DNA of 64,000 bases from a virus, in the IMG/VR virus record IMGVR_UViG_3300035670_000035, positions 1-64,000 of that record; one strand, given 5' to 3'. Position numbers and translations under genes: made by a program. The stretch's first letter is position 1; each line of letters begins with the position of its first letter. The notes under the pieces were generated by a model. It made no database searches. It was not told where the DNA came from and worked only from the letters and a program-made list of their open reading frames with translations. Positions 54,609 through 64,000 of the stretch are shown piece by piece.

Positions 54609-55692
54609 ATATATGACGCATAAAATATTTGAAAATCTTTTTGTTCTAGAATTAGCAAACAACCATTGGGGATCTGTAGACAGAGGAAAGCAAATTATTA
54701 AACAATTTGCAAAAATTGTAAAAAATAATAAAATAAAAGCGGCTATTAAATTACAATTTAGAGATGTAGATAATTTTATCCATAAGGATTTTATTGAAAA
54801 TAAAAATAATATAAATTTATCAAAACTTACAAAAAGAGATAGATATATTCAAAAAACTTCAAAAACAAAACTATCTTATAAACAATTTAAACAATTAATT
54901 GAATATATAAGAAAACATGATTGTATACCAATGTCAACACCTTTTGATGAAAAGTCCGTAGACTGGTGTGTAGATTTAAAATTACCAATAATAAAAATTG
55001 CAAGTTCAGATATTAATGACTGGATTCTGATTAAGAAGATTGCCAACACAAAAATACCAGTTATATTATCAACAGGAGGAGCAAATGATAAACAAATAGA
55101 TGATGTTGTTAAATTTTTTATAAATAGAAATATACCTTTGGCTTTAAATCATTGCGTATCAAAATATCCAAGTGAAAATTCAGAATTAGAGTTAGATCAA
55201 ATTGATTATTTAAAAAGAAAATATCCAGAATTAATCATAGGATTATCTACTCATGAATATAAGGATTGGCATTCCTCTATGTTGATATCTTATGCAAAAG
55301 GAGCAAGAACATGGGAACGTCATATAGATATACCATATCCGCCAAACCACGAACAAAAAGAAGTATCATCATATTGTACACTTCCTGCTCAAGCAGATGA
55401 ATGGTTTAAGGCTTTTAATAAAGCAGTAGAAATGTGCGGCACTTCATCAAGAGCTAGAAGAATTATAGATCATAAAGAAAAAAAATATTTAGAATCTTTA
55501 TATCGAGGATTGTATCTTAAACAAAATTTAAAAAAAGGAACAAAGATTAAATTAAGTCATTTGTATTCAGCAATACCATATCAAAAAGAAATACGTCAAA
55601 TAACGTCTAGAGATTATTTTGAAAATGATTTTATATTAAATAAAGATATGAAAAAAGATTCCCCCTTAACAACGGATGATATTTTATCATGA
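54574..55692 (+). CDS. N-acetylneuraminate synthase (NeuB/SpsE) family protein with SAF domain
   Basis: ELANNH, IKLQ, STPFDE, KIASSD, HCVSKYP, GLSTHE and ERH; likely start MTHK at about 54613. Confidence 0.88.
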   Translation: MLNIIKIFLFGKYMTHKIFENLFVLELANNHWGSVDRGKQIIKQFAKIVKNNKIKAAIKLQFRDVDNFIHKDFIENKNNINLSKLTKRDRYIQKTSKTKLSYKQFKQLIEYIRKHDCIPMSTPFDEKSVDWCVDLKLPIIKIASSDINDWILIKKIANTKIPVILSTGGANDKQIDDVVKFFINRNIPLALNHCVSKYPSENSELELDQIDYLKRKYPELIIGLSTHEYKDWHSSMLISYAKGARTWERHIDIPYPPNHEQKEVSSYCTLPAQADEWFKAFNKAVEMCGTSSRARRIIDHKEKKYLESLYRGLYLKQNLKKGTKIKLSHLYSAIPYQKEIRQITSRDYFENDFILNKDMKKDSPLTTDDILS

Positions 55693-57425
55693 AAAAAATT
55701 TCTGATATAATAATAGATTTTTTAGAAAAAAAAGGGATAAATACTACATTTACTGTTTCTGGTGGGGGATGTATACATCTTATTGATTCATTAAGACGAT
55801 CTAAGATGAAAGTAATATGTACTCATCATGAGCAATCAGCACTTATGGCTAGTGAAGGGTATTATAGAATGTGTAATAATATATCATTAAATTTAGTAAC
55901 AACTGGCCCAGGAGGGACAAACACCCTAACTGGATTATTGGGATTATGGTTAGATAGCATACCATCAATTATAATATCTGGACAAGTACAAACAAGTCAA
56001 TTATCAAAAGGAACAGGATGTCGTCAGATTGGAGATCAAGAATTTGATATTATTAAGATAGTTAAGCCTATGACAAAATACGCCAAAATGATAACAGATG
56101 CTAATTGTATTATAGAAGAATTAGAAAAAGCATATAATTTAGCACTAGATGGAAGACCTGGCCCAGTATGGCTTGATATTCCATTAGATATTCAAGCTAC
56201 TATGATTTCGGAAAAGTTAAGTGAAGAAGAGAATAAAAAAATAAATAAAAAAATAAATTTTAAAAAAATAGAATTATTTAGAAAATTACTAGAAACATCA
56301 AAAAGACCATTATTTATAGTTGGAAATGGAATTAGATTATCAAATACATATAATGATCTAAATAATATTTTATCAAATTTAAAAATACCAGTAGTTACTG
56401 GTCCTCATTCAGGAGTAGATGCAGTTGATAATACTTACGAATACTATGCTGGAAGAATTGGTATATTAGGACAACTTACATCAAATAAGATTGTTCAAGA
56501 GGCAGATTTATTGATAATGCTAGGGACTCGACTATCAATGAAAATGACGGGATATAATATAAAAGACTTTTCCCCCAATTCTAAGAAAATTATGATAGAT
56601 ATAGATAGAAATGAAATAAAAAAACATAAATTTAATATTGATTTAAAACTAGCCTGTGATTTGCGCGATTTTTTTAATAATATAAAAAATATTAAATTTA
56701 ATTTGAATACAAATGAATGGAGAAGTAAAGTAAAAGATTATAGAAATAAGCAAATCTATGTTTATCCCAAACATGCAAATTTAAAAGACTACGCTAGTCT
56801 TTATTATTTAATTAATCAAGCTCCTAATATATTTAAAAATACTCCAATAATAACAAGCAATGGCAGCGCTCATGTTGTGACACTTCAAACTTATCAATTA
56901 AAAAAAGATCAAAGATTATTTACAAACGTTGGTTGTGCTAGTATGGGTTATGGATTACCAGCCGCAATAGGCGCCTGTATTGCGAACAATAATAAACCAG
57001 TAATCTGTATAGAAGGAGATGGAAGTTTAATGATGAATTTACAAGAGATAGAAACAATTATAGGTTATAAATTACCATTAAAATTATTAGTGATTAATAA
57101 TAATGGTTATCTTTCTATTAAGCTAACTCAACAATCATTTTTTGAGGGCAAAGAGTTTGCAAGCGGGCCATCTAATGGAGTGACTATTCCAAATTATGAA
57201 AAAATTGCGAATGCTTTTGGAATTAAATATTTTTCCATAAAAAATAATCAAGAAATAAAAAAGAATTTAATTGAAATGATGGAATTTGATGGGGCGTGTT
57301 TTGTAGAAATATTTACTCACCCAAAAGAAAAACACGAACCAAAAGTAACACATAAGGGAATTGGAATAGATGGAAAAATTATTCCTGGATCTCTAATAGA
57401 CATGCATATTTCGGAAAATTTTTAA
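55689..57425 (+). CDS. thiamine-diphosphate-dependent acetolactate synthase-like enzyme (YerE-like)
   Basis: HHEQSA, TTGPGGTN, GPVWLDIPLD, SMGYGLPAAIG and GDGS...NN. Confidence 0.9.
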   Translation: MKKISDIIIDFLEKKGINTTFTVSGGGCIHLIDSLRRSKMKVICTHHEQSALMASEGYYRMCNNISLNLVTTGPGGTNTLTGLLGLWLDSIPSIIISGQVQTSQLSKGTGCRQIGDQEFDIIKIVKPMTKYAKMITDANCIIEELEKAYNLALDGRPGPVWLDIPLDIQATMISEKLSEEENKKINKKINFKKIELFRKLLETSKRPLFIVGNGIRLSNTYNDLNNILSNLKIPVVTGPHSGVDAVDNTYEYYAGRIGILGQLTSNKIVQEADLLIMLGTRLSMKMTGYNIKDFSPNSKKIMIDIDRNEIKKHKFNIDLKLACDLRDFFNNIKNIKFNLNTNEWRSKVKDYRNKQIYVYPKHANLKDYASLYYLINQAPNIFKNTPIITSNGSAHVVTLQTYQLKKDQRLFTNVGCASMGYGLPAAIGACIANNNKPVICIEGDGSLMMNLQEIETIIGYKLPLKLLVINNNGYLSIKLTQQSFFEGKEFASGPSNGVTIPNYEKIANAFGIKYFSIKNNQEIKKNLIEMMEFDGACFVEIFTHPKEKHEPKVTHKGIGIDGKIIPGSLIDMHISENF

Positions 57426-57426
57426 T

Positions 57427-58059
57427 ATGGTAGTATTTTTAACAGGAGGCAGTGGAGGAATTGGCTCAATTATAAGTTCCGTGCTAAAAACCGAAGGGAT
57501 GGAAGTTATTGAGCCAACCTCTAAAGAGCTAGATTTAACAAGTAATATTAATGTATCAAATATAAAAAAAATAGATGCATTTATACATTGCGCAGGAATA
57601 AATAATCTTGCACATCATAAAGATATAAATAGAAACGAATTATTAAATATATTTAATATAAATACTTTCAGTTTTATTGAATTATGCAATAAATTAAATA
57701 TTAATTATGGCGGAAATATTATTGCCATAGGCTCTATATACGCAACTAAAGCTAAAGAAGAAAGAATGCAATATACAATGTCAAAACACGCTCTGTATGG
57801 ATGTATAAAAACTTTAGCTTTAGAAAAAGCAAAAGATTTAATAAAAGTTAATATGATTTCTCCAGGATTTGTTAATACCCTACTAACAAGGAAAAATAAT
57901 ACTAAAGAAAGAATAGATTTTCTAAATTATAATATTCCATTAGGTATGACAAATCCATATGATATAGCTAATCTTTGTGTTTTTTTAATAAAATATAATA
58001 ATTCAATAACTGGCCAAAATATTGAAGTAGATGGAGGCTATTCATTAAAAGGAATATAA
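57427..58059 (+). CDS. short-chain dehydrogenase/reductase
   Basis: TGGSGGIG, HCAG, YTMSK (YxxxK), SPGFV and VDGG. Confidence 0.88.
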   Translation: MVVFLTGGSGGIGSIISSVLKTEGMEVIEPTSKELDLTSNINVSNIKKIDAFIHCAGINNLAHHKDINRNELLNIFNINTFSFIELCNKLNINYGGNIIAIGSIYATKAKEERMQYTMSKHALYGCIKTLALEKAKDLIKVNMISPGFVNTLLTRKNNTKERIDFLNYNIPLGMTNPYDIANLCVFLIKYNNSITGQNIEVDGGYSLKGI

Positions 58060-59093
58060 TGAATACATTCTTAATAAATAATAAAAAATTTATAATAAAT
58101 AATCAAAAAATAAAAGATAGATTATTAATTAAATCTCATCCTAAAGACTATGAAGTAATTTTTGATTCTTTCTTTTCATTATTCTTTTCTTTTAAAGAAG
58201 ACGAAATAGTTCTAATTGATAAAAATATAAGAAAAATATATGATATTAATCATAGTAAATTAATTGAAATAGAAGCCATGGAAGAAAATAAAACTATTGA
58301 AACAGTTCTAAATGTTTGTGAAAAATTATCATCTTTTAATTTTAATAAAGGTAATACATTGATCGTGATTGGTGGAGGAATTCTGCAAGACATTGGGGCT
58401 TTTACAGCAAAAATATATAAAAGAGGAATAAGATGGATATATGTTCCAACTACGCTTCTTTCACAATGCGATAGCTGTATAGGAGGCAAAACGGCATTAA
58501 ATTTTAATAAATATAAAAATCAATTAGCTTTATTTTCTGCCCCAGATAAAGTTATTATTGATACTAATTTTTTGAATACTTTAAGCAATGAAGAGATAAA
58601 ATCTGGATATGGAGAAATTATTAAATTCTTTTTGATCGGTGGAGATTATTATATAAATAATTTTGAAAAATTTGATATTAAAACAAATATTATTCATTCA
58701 TTGAATATCAAAAAAGCAATTATAGAATATGATGAATTTGAAAATGATGAAAGAAAATCGCTAAATTATGGACACTCATTTGGACATGCGATAGAGTCTA
58801 TAACTAATTATAAAATTTGCCATGGCGAAGCAGTAATGCTAGGAATTGAAATTATAAATAAACTTTTTTTAAAATCTTCTCGCATAAGTAAAATTATAAA
58901 TAAATTTACAAATCTAGATAGAATAAAAGATATAAATCTAATAGATTTAATTGAAAGAATAAAAACTGATAAAAAAGTAAATGGAGATATAATAAGCTTA
59001 GTTAGTATTAAAAAATTTGGTGAAACAATTTTCATTAAACAAAAATTAGATAATAGTTTATTAAATAAATTAAATGAAATATTTACTAGTTGA
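58059..59093 (+). CDS. 3-dehydroquinate synthase / sugar-phosphate cyclase family protein
   Basis: GGGILQD, PTTLLSQCDS.IGGK, KNQL, EIIK, LNYGHSFGHA and HGEAV. Confidence 0.88.
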   Translation: MNTFLINNKKFIINNQKIKDRLLIKSHPKDYEVIFDSFFSLFFSFKEDEIVLIDKNIRKIYDINHSKLIEIEAMEENKTIETVLNVCEKLSSFNFNKGNTLIVIGGGILQDIGAFTAKIYKRGIRWIYVPTTLLSQCDSCIGGKTALNFNKYKNQLALFSAPDKVIIDTNFLNTLSNEEIKSGYGEIIKFFLIGGDYYINNFEKFDIKTNIIHSLNIKKAIIEYDEFENDERKSLNYGHSFGHAIESITNYKICHGEAVMLGIEIINKLFLKSSRISKIINKFTNLDRIKDINLIDLIERIKTDKKVNGDIISLVSIKKFGETIFIKQKLDNSLLNKLNEIFTS

Positions 59094-60051
59094 TTTTGGC
59101 GCATCGTACATAAAAAATATCGTTTACGATACAGATTCAAAAAATATATTATATTCTAATACAATAGATTCTCCATTTAAAACAAGTAAAAGAATATCTA
59201 GATCAAAATTAAAAAATATTTTAATAAATATTATAGAAAAAACATCTAATATAGATGGAATAATAATATGTACAATCATCGGAGGAGGGTGGATTGATGA
59301 CATTTACTATTCTTGGCAATCAGATAATAAAAATGTAAAAGAACATTGTCTAATAAGTGGGCTTTTTATAAATTCAAGAAACTATCATGTACATGCACAT
59401 CATAAATATAATAGCCTAAGTGAAACCCAAGATAATTTAGAAATTTTAGGCAAAATAAAAAATATTCCGATATATAGTTCTCTAGGAGATACAAATTGTG
59501 TTATTAAATCTCTAGATTTAAAAAATAATGAATATATAATTAATATTGGAACAGGTTCTCAAGTCATATATAAAGATAGAGATAATAAGATTAATATAAA
59601 TAAATATATTCCCGCAGGAAGAGCATTACTTGTTTATGATAATTTTTTTAAAACTTTAGGTTTAAATTTTTTTAAAATGTTAAAAACTATAAAACCAGAA
59701 GATGTATACGCCAGCAATCTTAATATTAATTTAAATCTATTCGAACAAGCATTTGATTATGTTAATGGGGGCAGCATTAGTAATATAAATGAAGATAATC
59801 TCACTATTAATAATTTATTAGGATCAATATTACGTTGCTTAGTTTTACAATACAAACAATTTATAAAAGATAAATCAAAAAATACATTAATATTAACAGG
59901 TGGAATACCCAAGAAATTACCAATATTAAAAAAACTTTTTAAATTTTATTATTCAAATTATAAAATTAAAATTATTTTAAATAATATAGAAGATACTCAT
60001 TTAGGTATGATTAGATATTTGGAAGATAAATTAGAAAATGAACAAAGATAG
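59074..60051 (+). CDS. FGGY-like carbohydrate kinase
   Basis: VDFGASYIK, SLGD, INIGTGSQ and LTGG (actin-like ATPase motifs). Confidence 0.65.
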   Translation: MKYLLVDFGASYIKNIVYDTDSKNILYSNTIDSPFKTSKRISRSKLKNILINIIEKTSNIDGIIICTIIGGGWIDDIYYSWQSDNKNVKEHCLISGLFINSRNYHVHAHHKYNSLSETQDNLEILGKIKNIPIYSSLGDTNCVIKSLDLKNNEYIINIGTGSQVIYKDRDNKININKYIPAGRALLVYDNFFKTLGLNFFKMLKTIKPEDVYASNLNINLNLFEQAFDYVNGGSISNINEDNLTINNLLGSILRCLVLQYKQFIKDKSKNTLILTGGIPKKLPILKKLFKFYYSNYKIKIILNNIEDTHLGMIRYLEDKLENEQR

Positions 60052-60283
60052 AGAAAACGTAATAAAATTATTTGAGATAGGTATATGCGATCAAAGATTC
60101 CCATATGCTTCAACCAAATTATGGCTATCTTATTTTAAAAATATAGATTTATATTGTGCTGATAATTTTTGGGGACATTATCTTGAAGATAAAATTAAAG
60201 ATATTAATAATAATTTTGAATTAATAGAAATGGTATTAGATAAACATAAAATAAATTATTTGGCAGTTTTTAGAAAAAAATGA
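60038..60283 (+). CDS. hypothetical protein
   Basis: Overlapping operon spacing. Confidence 0.55.
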   Translation: MNKDRENVIKLFEIGICDQRFPYASTKLWLSYFKNIDLYCADNFWGHYLEDKIKDINNNFELIEMVLDKHKINYLAVFRKK

Positions 60284-61074
60284 ATATATTAATTACTGGA
60301 GGAAATGGATATATAGCTAAATCATTATCAACACATCTCTCACAATTTTTATTTCTACATAAAATTCATAGTATTACTAGATTAGATTTTGATTTAACTG
60401 ATACAGATGCAACTAATTTTTGGTTTAAAGATAAAAAATTTGACATTGTAATTCATACTGCAATTAAAGGTGGCTCAAGATTAAATATTGAAGATGATTC
60501 AGTATTGGATAATAATTTAAAAATGTTTAATAATCTATTGATTAATAAAAATAAATTTAAAAAATTAATATCTTTTGGTTCTGGCGCAGAGATTTGGAAT
60601 CCAGAAACACCATATGGTAAAAGTAAAAAAATAATAAATGAAATTATAGAAAAAGAAACTAATTTTTATAATATAAGAATTTTCGCTGTTTTTGATGAGA
60701 ATGAATTAGATACTAGATTTATAAAAGCTAATATTTTAAGATATACACAAAAAGAACCAATGTTAATACATGCAAATAAAATAATGGATTTCTTTTATAT
60801 GAAAGATCTTTTAAATTTAGTAGATTATTATATTAATAATGAAAATCCACCTAAACAAATAGATTGTTCTTATAAAAATAAAAAAACTCTTTTAAATATA
60901 GCTAATTTTATTAATACTCTTGCTAATTATAAAGTAGATATTAATATAGAAAAAGACGTTATATTACAAGATTATTGTGGAATAAGTAATTTACCTATAG
61001 AGGTTATAGGTTTAGAAAATGGGATTAAAGAAGTATATAATAAATTATTAGAAATATATGATTCTAAAATTTAA
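60280..61074 (+). CDS. NAD-dependent epimerase/dehydratase (extended SDR)
   Basis: TGGNGYIA, HTA, GSGAE and YGKSK. Confidence 0.85.
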   Translation: MNILITGGNGYIAKSLSTHLSQFLFLHKIHSITRLDFDLTDTDATNFWFKDKKFDIVIHTAIKGGSRLNIEDDSVLDNNLKMFNNLLINKNKFKKLISFGSGAEIWNPETPYGKSKKIINEIIEKETNFYNIRIFAVFDENELDTRFIKANILRYTQKEPMLIHANKIMDFFYMKDLLNLVDYYINNENPPKQIDCSYKNKKTLLNIANFINTLANYKVDINIEKDVILQDYCGISNLPIEVIGLENGIKEVYNKLLEIYDSKI

Positions 61075-61083
61075 AATCTCTAA

Positions 61084-62259
61084 ATGAGTAACTCTTTAAA
61101 AGAAACATATTATGGTAAAAAGATAGATACTGCAAATATTCTAAATATAGAAGATGCAGTAAAATTAATAAAAGATAAAAAAGTTGTTATTGTTACTGGA
61201 GTTACTGGTCAAGATGGAAGTCATATGGTTGATTTCTTATTAAAGAATACAGACTATACTATTTTTGGTGGAGTCCGAAGATTAAGTGTTTATAACCATA
61301 AAAATATTAATCATATTAATTCTGATAGATTTCATTTAATTAATTTTGATTTAACAGATTCTCATGCAATTGCAAGAATTGTAGAAAAATTACAACCAGA
61401 TTATTTTATTAATTTTGCAGCTCAAAGTTTTGTAGCAAGCAGTTGGGATTTTGCTAGACAAACTTGGGCAGCAAATTCAACTGCTATTTTAGATATTTTA
61501 GAAGCTATTAGATTATATAAACCCAAGTGTAGACTTTATCAAGCAGGATCTAGTGAAGAATTTGGAAATGTTATTTATGCACCTCAAGATGAAAAACATC
61601 CATTAAGACCAAGAAGCCCATATGGAGCTAGTAAGGCCGCTTCAAGGCAACTAATTAAAGTATATAGAGATTCATACAATCTTTATGCGATACAGGGTTG
61701 GTTGTTTAATCACGAGGGAATAAGAAGAGGAGAAGAATTTGTCACAAGAAAAATTACTAAAAATGTTGCTAGAATATATCATGCATTAAAAAATAATGAA
61801 GAATTTAAACCATTAGAATTAGGAAATTTAGATGCAAAAAGAGATTGGAGTGATTCTGAAGATTTTATTGAGGGAGTTTGGATGATGTTGAATCAGGATA
61901 AATATAATCCTAATTATGATGGAAATCCAAAAGAATATGTTTTCTCTTCAAATGAAACACATACTATTAGAGAGTTTGTAGAAAAAGCATTTAAAATTGC
62001 TGGGATAGAGGGTCATTGGATTTATACAAATGATGGCAGACCAGAAGACGAAGGTTTTTATTTAAAAGATGATAAAGGACAATACAAACTTTTAGTTAAA
62101 ATTAATCCAAAATTTTATCGTCCAGCCGAAGTAGAATTATTATTGGGTAACTCTAATAAAGCAAGAGAAGAGCTTGGATGGAAACCAAAAATTTCATTTG
62201 ACAATCTAGTAGAAAAAATGGTAAAATGGGATGTAGAAAAAAATGATATTATTTTTTAA
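61084..62259 (+). CDS. gmd: GDP-mannose 4,6-dehydratase
   Basis: TGVTGQDGS, AAQSFV, QAGSSEEFG, SPYGASK, FNHE, FVTRKI, GNLDAKRDW and YRPAEV. Confidence 0.95.
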   Translation: MSNSLKETYYGKKIDTANILNIEDAVKLIKDKKVVIVTGVTGQDGSHMVDFLLKNTDYTIFGGVRRLSVYNHKNINHINSDRFHLINFDLTDSHAIARIVEKLQPDYFINFAAQSFVASSWDFARQTWAANSTAILDILEAIRLYKPKCRLYQAGSSEEFGNVIYAPQDEKHPLRPRSPYGASKAASRQLIKVYRDSYNLYAIQGWLFNHEGIRRGEEFVTRKITKNVARIYHALKNNEEFKPLELGNLDAKRDWSDSEDFIEGVWMMLNQDKYNPNYDGNPKEYVFSSNETHTIREFVEKAFKIAGIEGHWIYTNDGRPEDEGFYLKDDKGQYKLLVKINPKFYRPAEVELLLGNSNKAREELGWKPKISFDNLVEKMVKWDVEKNDIIF

Positions 62260-63346
62260 TGTATTCATAACAAATAAAAGAATAAGTGGCCCAAATTCCT
62301 GTGATAGATTAGATTTATTTAAATACTGTTTATCAAGTTATTCATGCATAGATGATATAAAAGATGTTGTTATATATTGCGAATTAGATTCAAATTATAA
62401 AAGCAGGGAAATTGAATTAAAAGATTACATATATACCATTTTTAATGGTAAAAATATACAATATTATAATTATAGTCCATGCAATCAAAAACAATGGCAA
62501 ATAGCTTTACAAGATTCAAATATATTAAATTCATCGGAACCAATATTGTATTCTGGTAACGATGATCATATATTTATTGATTATGATTTAATATCAATTC
62601 GTGAAGGAATAAAACTATTAAAAAATGAATCAAATGAACAAATTAATAGTTTTGCAATAAGTCATTGGCCAGAATCTATTTCTTATGCATACCATTATCC
62701 TTTTGTAGATAGAGGAATATTTTGGGAAAGTGAAATTTTAGCGACCACATCGATAGTCATGGTAAATAATACATTTTTTAAACATTTATTTTTTAATTTA
62801 GAAATGGGAGAAATATTTATAAGAAGAACAGATCCAATTTTAACAAATGTTTATCCATATACTGGAAATTTTGCTTTTCCTTCTAAAAAAACACATCCAA
62901 AAGTAAAAACATTTATTCCATTAAAAGGAGAGATAATTAGACATTTTGATTCATATCCTTACTTTGTTCAAATGCCACTTTCAATTTGTCCTCAATTAAA
63001 AATACCAAATGGATTTTTTGAAAATAATATAAAAATAAATTATTGTGGAAAAGTAAAAAGAGACTTTTACAATGTCAATCCATTGGCTGAAAAATATCTT
63101 TTTGAAGATTATACAAATGGAGTAGATGATAAAAAATTATTAGAAGATTTACCGCTATTTTGGAGAAATAAAATTTCAGAGATAGAAGATCATAGCAATG
63201 AATATTCTCGTCAAGATTTAATTGACGCTAGAAATATCAATCATAAAAATTTAATGACAGTGCCGCATAATAGAATTCACGAAGGAGTTCATTATCATGG
63301 ACCCCTTAATTTAGAAGAAAAATATATTAAATTAGGTTATAGATAA
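62243..63346 (+). CDS. hypothetical protein, possibly a glycosyltransferase
   Basis: NDDHIFID motif; inside the glycan cluster. Confidence 0.55.
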   Translation: MILFFNVFITNKRISGPNSCDRLDLFKYCLSSYSCIDDIKDVVIYCELDSNYKSREIELKDYIYTIFNGKNIQYYNYSPCNQKQWQIALQDSNILNSSEPILYSGNDDHIFIDYDLISIREGIKLLKNESNEQINSFAISHWPESISYAYHYPFVDRGIFWESEILATTSIVMVNNTFFKHLFFNLEMGEIFIRRTDPILTNVYPYTGNFAFPSKKTHPKVKTFIPLKGEIIRHFDSYPYFVQMPLSICPQLKIPNGFFENNIKINYCGKVKRDFYNVNPLAEKYLFEDYTNGVDDKKLLEDLPLFWRNKISEIEDHSNEYSRQDLIDARNINHKNLMTVPHNRIHEGVHYHGPLNLEEKYIKLGYR

Positions 63347-63360
63347 TTTTAAATTATTAT

Positions 63361-64000
63361 ATGAATATATTAATCCCTATGGCAGGATTAGGAGAAAGAT
63401 TTTCTAAATCTCATCCAAATAAAATTAAACCACTAATAAATGTTTATAATGAACCAATGATACAAAAAGTTCTAAAAAATCTAAATCAACAAGAAGATAT
63501 TAATTTTATTATAATAACATTAAAGATAATATCTGAAAATCAAGAATTTATAAAAATTTTAAAAAATTTAAATATTAAATATACGTTAATAAGTATTGAT
63601 GAAAAAACCGATGGGCCAGCTTGCACATGCTTATTAGCAAAAGAATATATTAAAAACGAACCACTAATTATAATTAATTGCGATCAAATAATTTTAGATT
63701 TTAATTTAAAAAACTTACTTGATTTTAGCAAGTTAAATAATGCGGATGGGGTTATTGGAGTTTTCCATTCAAATTCTAGAAAAAATAGTTATATAAAACT
63801 AGGTGAAGATTTGACCATACAAGAAGTAAAAGAAAAAATCGTTATTAGCAATATAGCTACAAATGGATTACATTTTTGGAAGAACGGAAATGACTTTATA
63901 AGATCAGTAGAAGAGATGATTTCTAAAGATGATAGATATTCAAATGAATTTTATGTTGCGCCAAGTTACAATTATATGATAAAGAATGGCAAAAAGATAC
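63361..64000 (+). CDS. sugar-phosphate nucleotidyltransferase family protein (partial)
   Basis: Manual translation MNILIPMAGLGERF...KPLI...TDGPACT...NCDQ; runs off the window end. Confidence 0.85.
   Translation, partial: MNILIPMAGLGERFSKSHPNKIKPLINVYNEPMIQKVLKNLNQQEDINFIIITLKIISENQEFIKILKNLNIKYTLISIDEKTDGPACTCLLAKEYIKNEPLIIINCDQIILDFNLKNLLDFSKLNNADGVIGVFHSNSRKNSYIKLGEDLTIQEVKEKIVISNIATNGLHFWKNGNDFIRSVEEMISKDDRYSNEFYVAPSYNYMIKNGKKI

Noticed and set aside
39260-59140. Alternate-frame or antisense ORFs 39260..39496, 46403..46699, 50059..50262, 52343..52579, 58250..58489 and 58808..59140
   Set aside because: Shadows of well-supported plus-strand genes
1-64000. Alternative genetic code (stop-codon reassignment)
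   Set aside because: Long conserved genes (nrdA, nrdB, ligase, rIIA, gmd) are intact at expected lengths under code 11, and coding density is high
1-64000. CRISPR array, reverse transcriptase/retron/DGR, integrase or IS element
   Set aside because: No repeat-spacer array of CRISPR dimensions and no RT (YxDD), integrase or transposase motifs in the ORFs; the 26.5-kb repeats have only 9-12 nt between arms

Overview
The window is most likely part of a large, AT-rich tailed bacteriophage genome, not a bacterial chromosome. This is inferred from gene content: rIIA/rIIB, ATP-dependent DNA ligase, class Ia nrdAB, dCMP deaminase, dNMP kinase, a sigma factor, an HNH nuclease, tRNA, tmRNA and dense short hypothetical ORFs. 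Region 1-28.9 kb is a minus-strand array of small early-type genes with repair and accessory functions (Ogg2-like glycosylase, UvsE, RuvB-like ATPase, ligase, MazG-like, PhyH dioxygenase, 3D-domain protein). Region 28-30 kb holds a tRNA-Ser with an unusual ACT anticodon and a tmRNA followed by an HNH gene. Region 30-45 kb carries purine and dNTP metabolism (purA, IMPDH/GMPR, nrdAB), glycosyltransferases and a sigma factor. Region 45-50 kb contains a promoter-driven structured non-coding stretch upstream of nrdA, Hsp20 behind a sigma54-type promoter, and an SdpA/SdpB-like (HTTM) pair. Region 50-64 kb is a large nucleotide-sugar and glycosyltransferase cluster running off the window end. Many genes sit 6-7 nt behind a TTGAC-N17-TAnnnT promoter, which implies leaderless mRNAs. 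All family calls come from motif recognition by eye; no database search or folding program was run.
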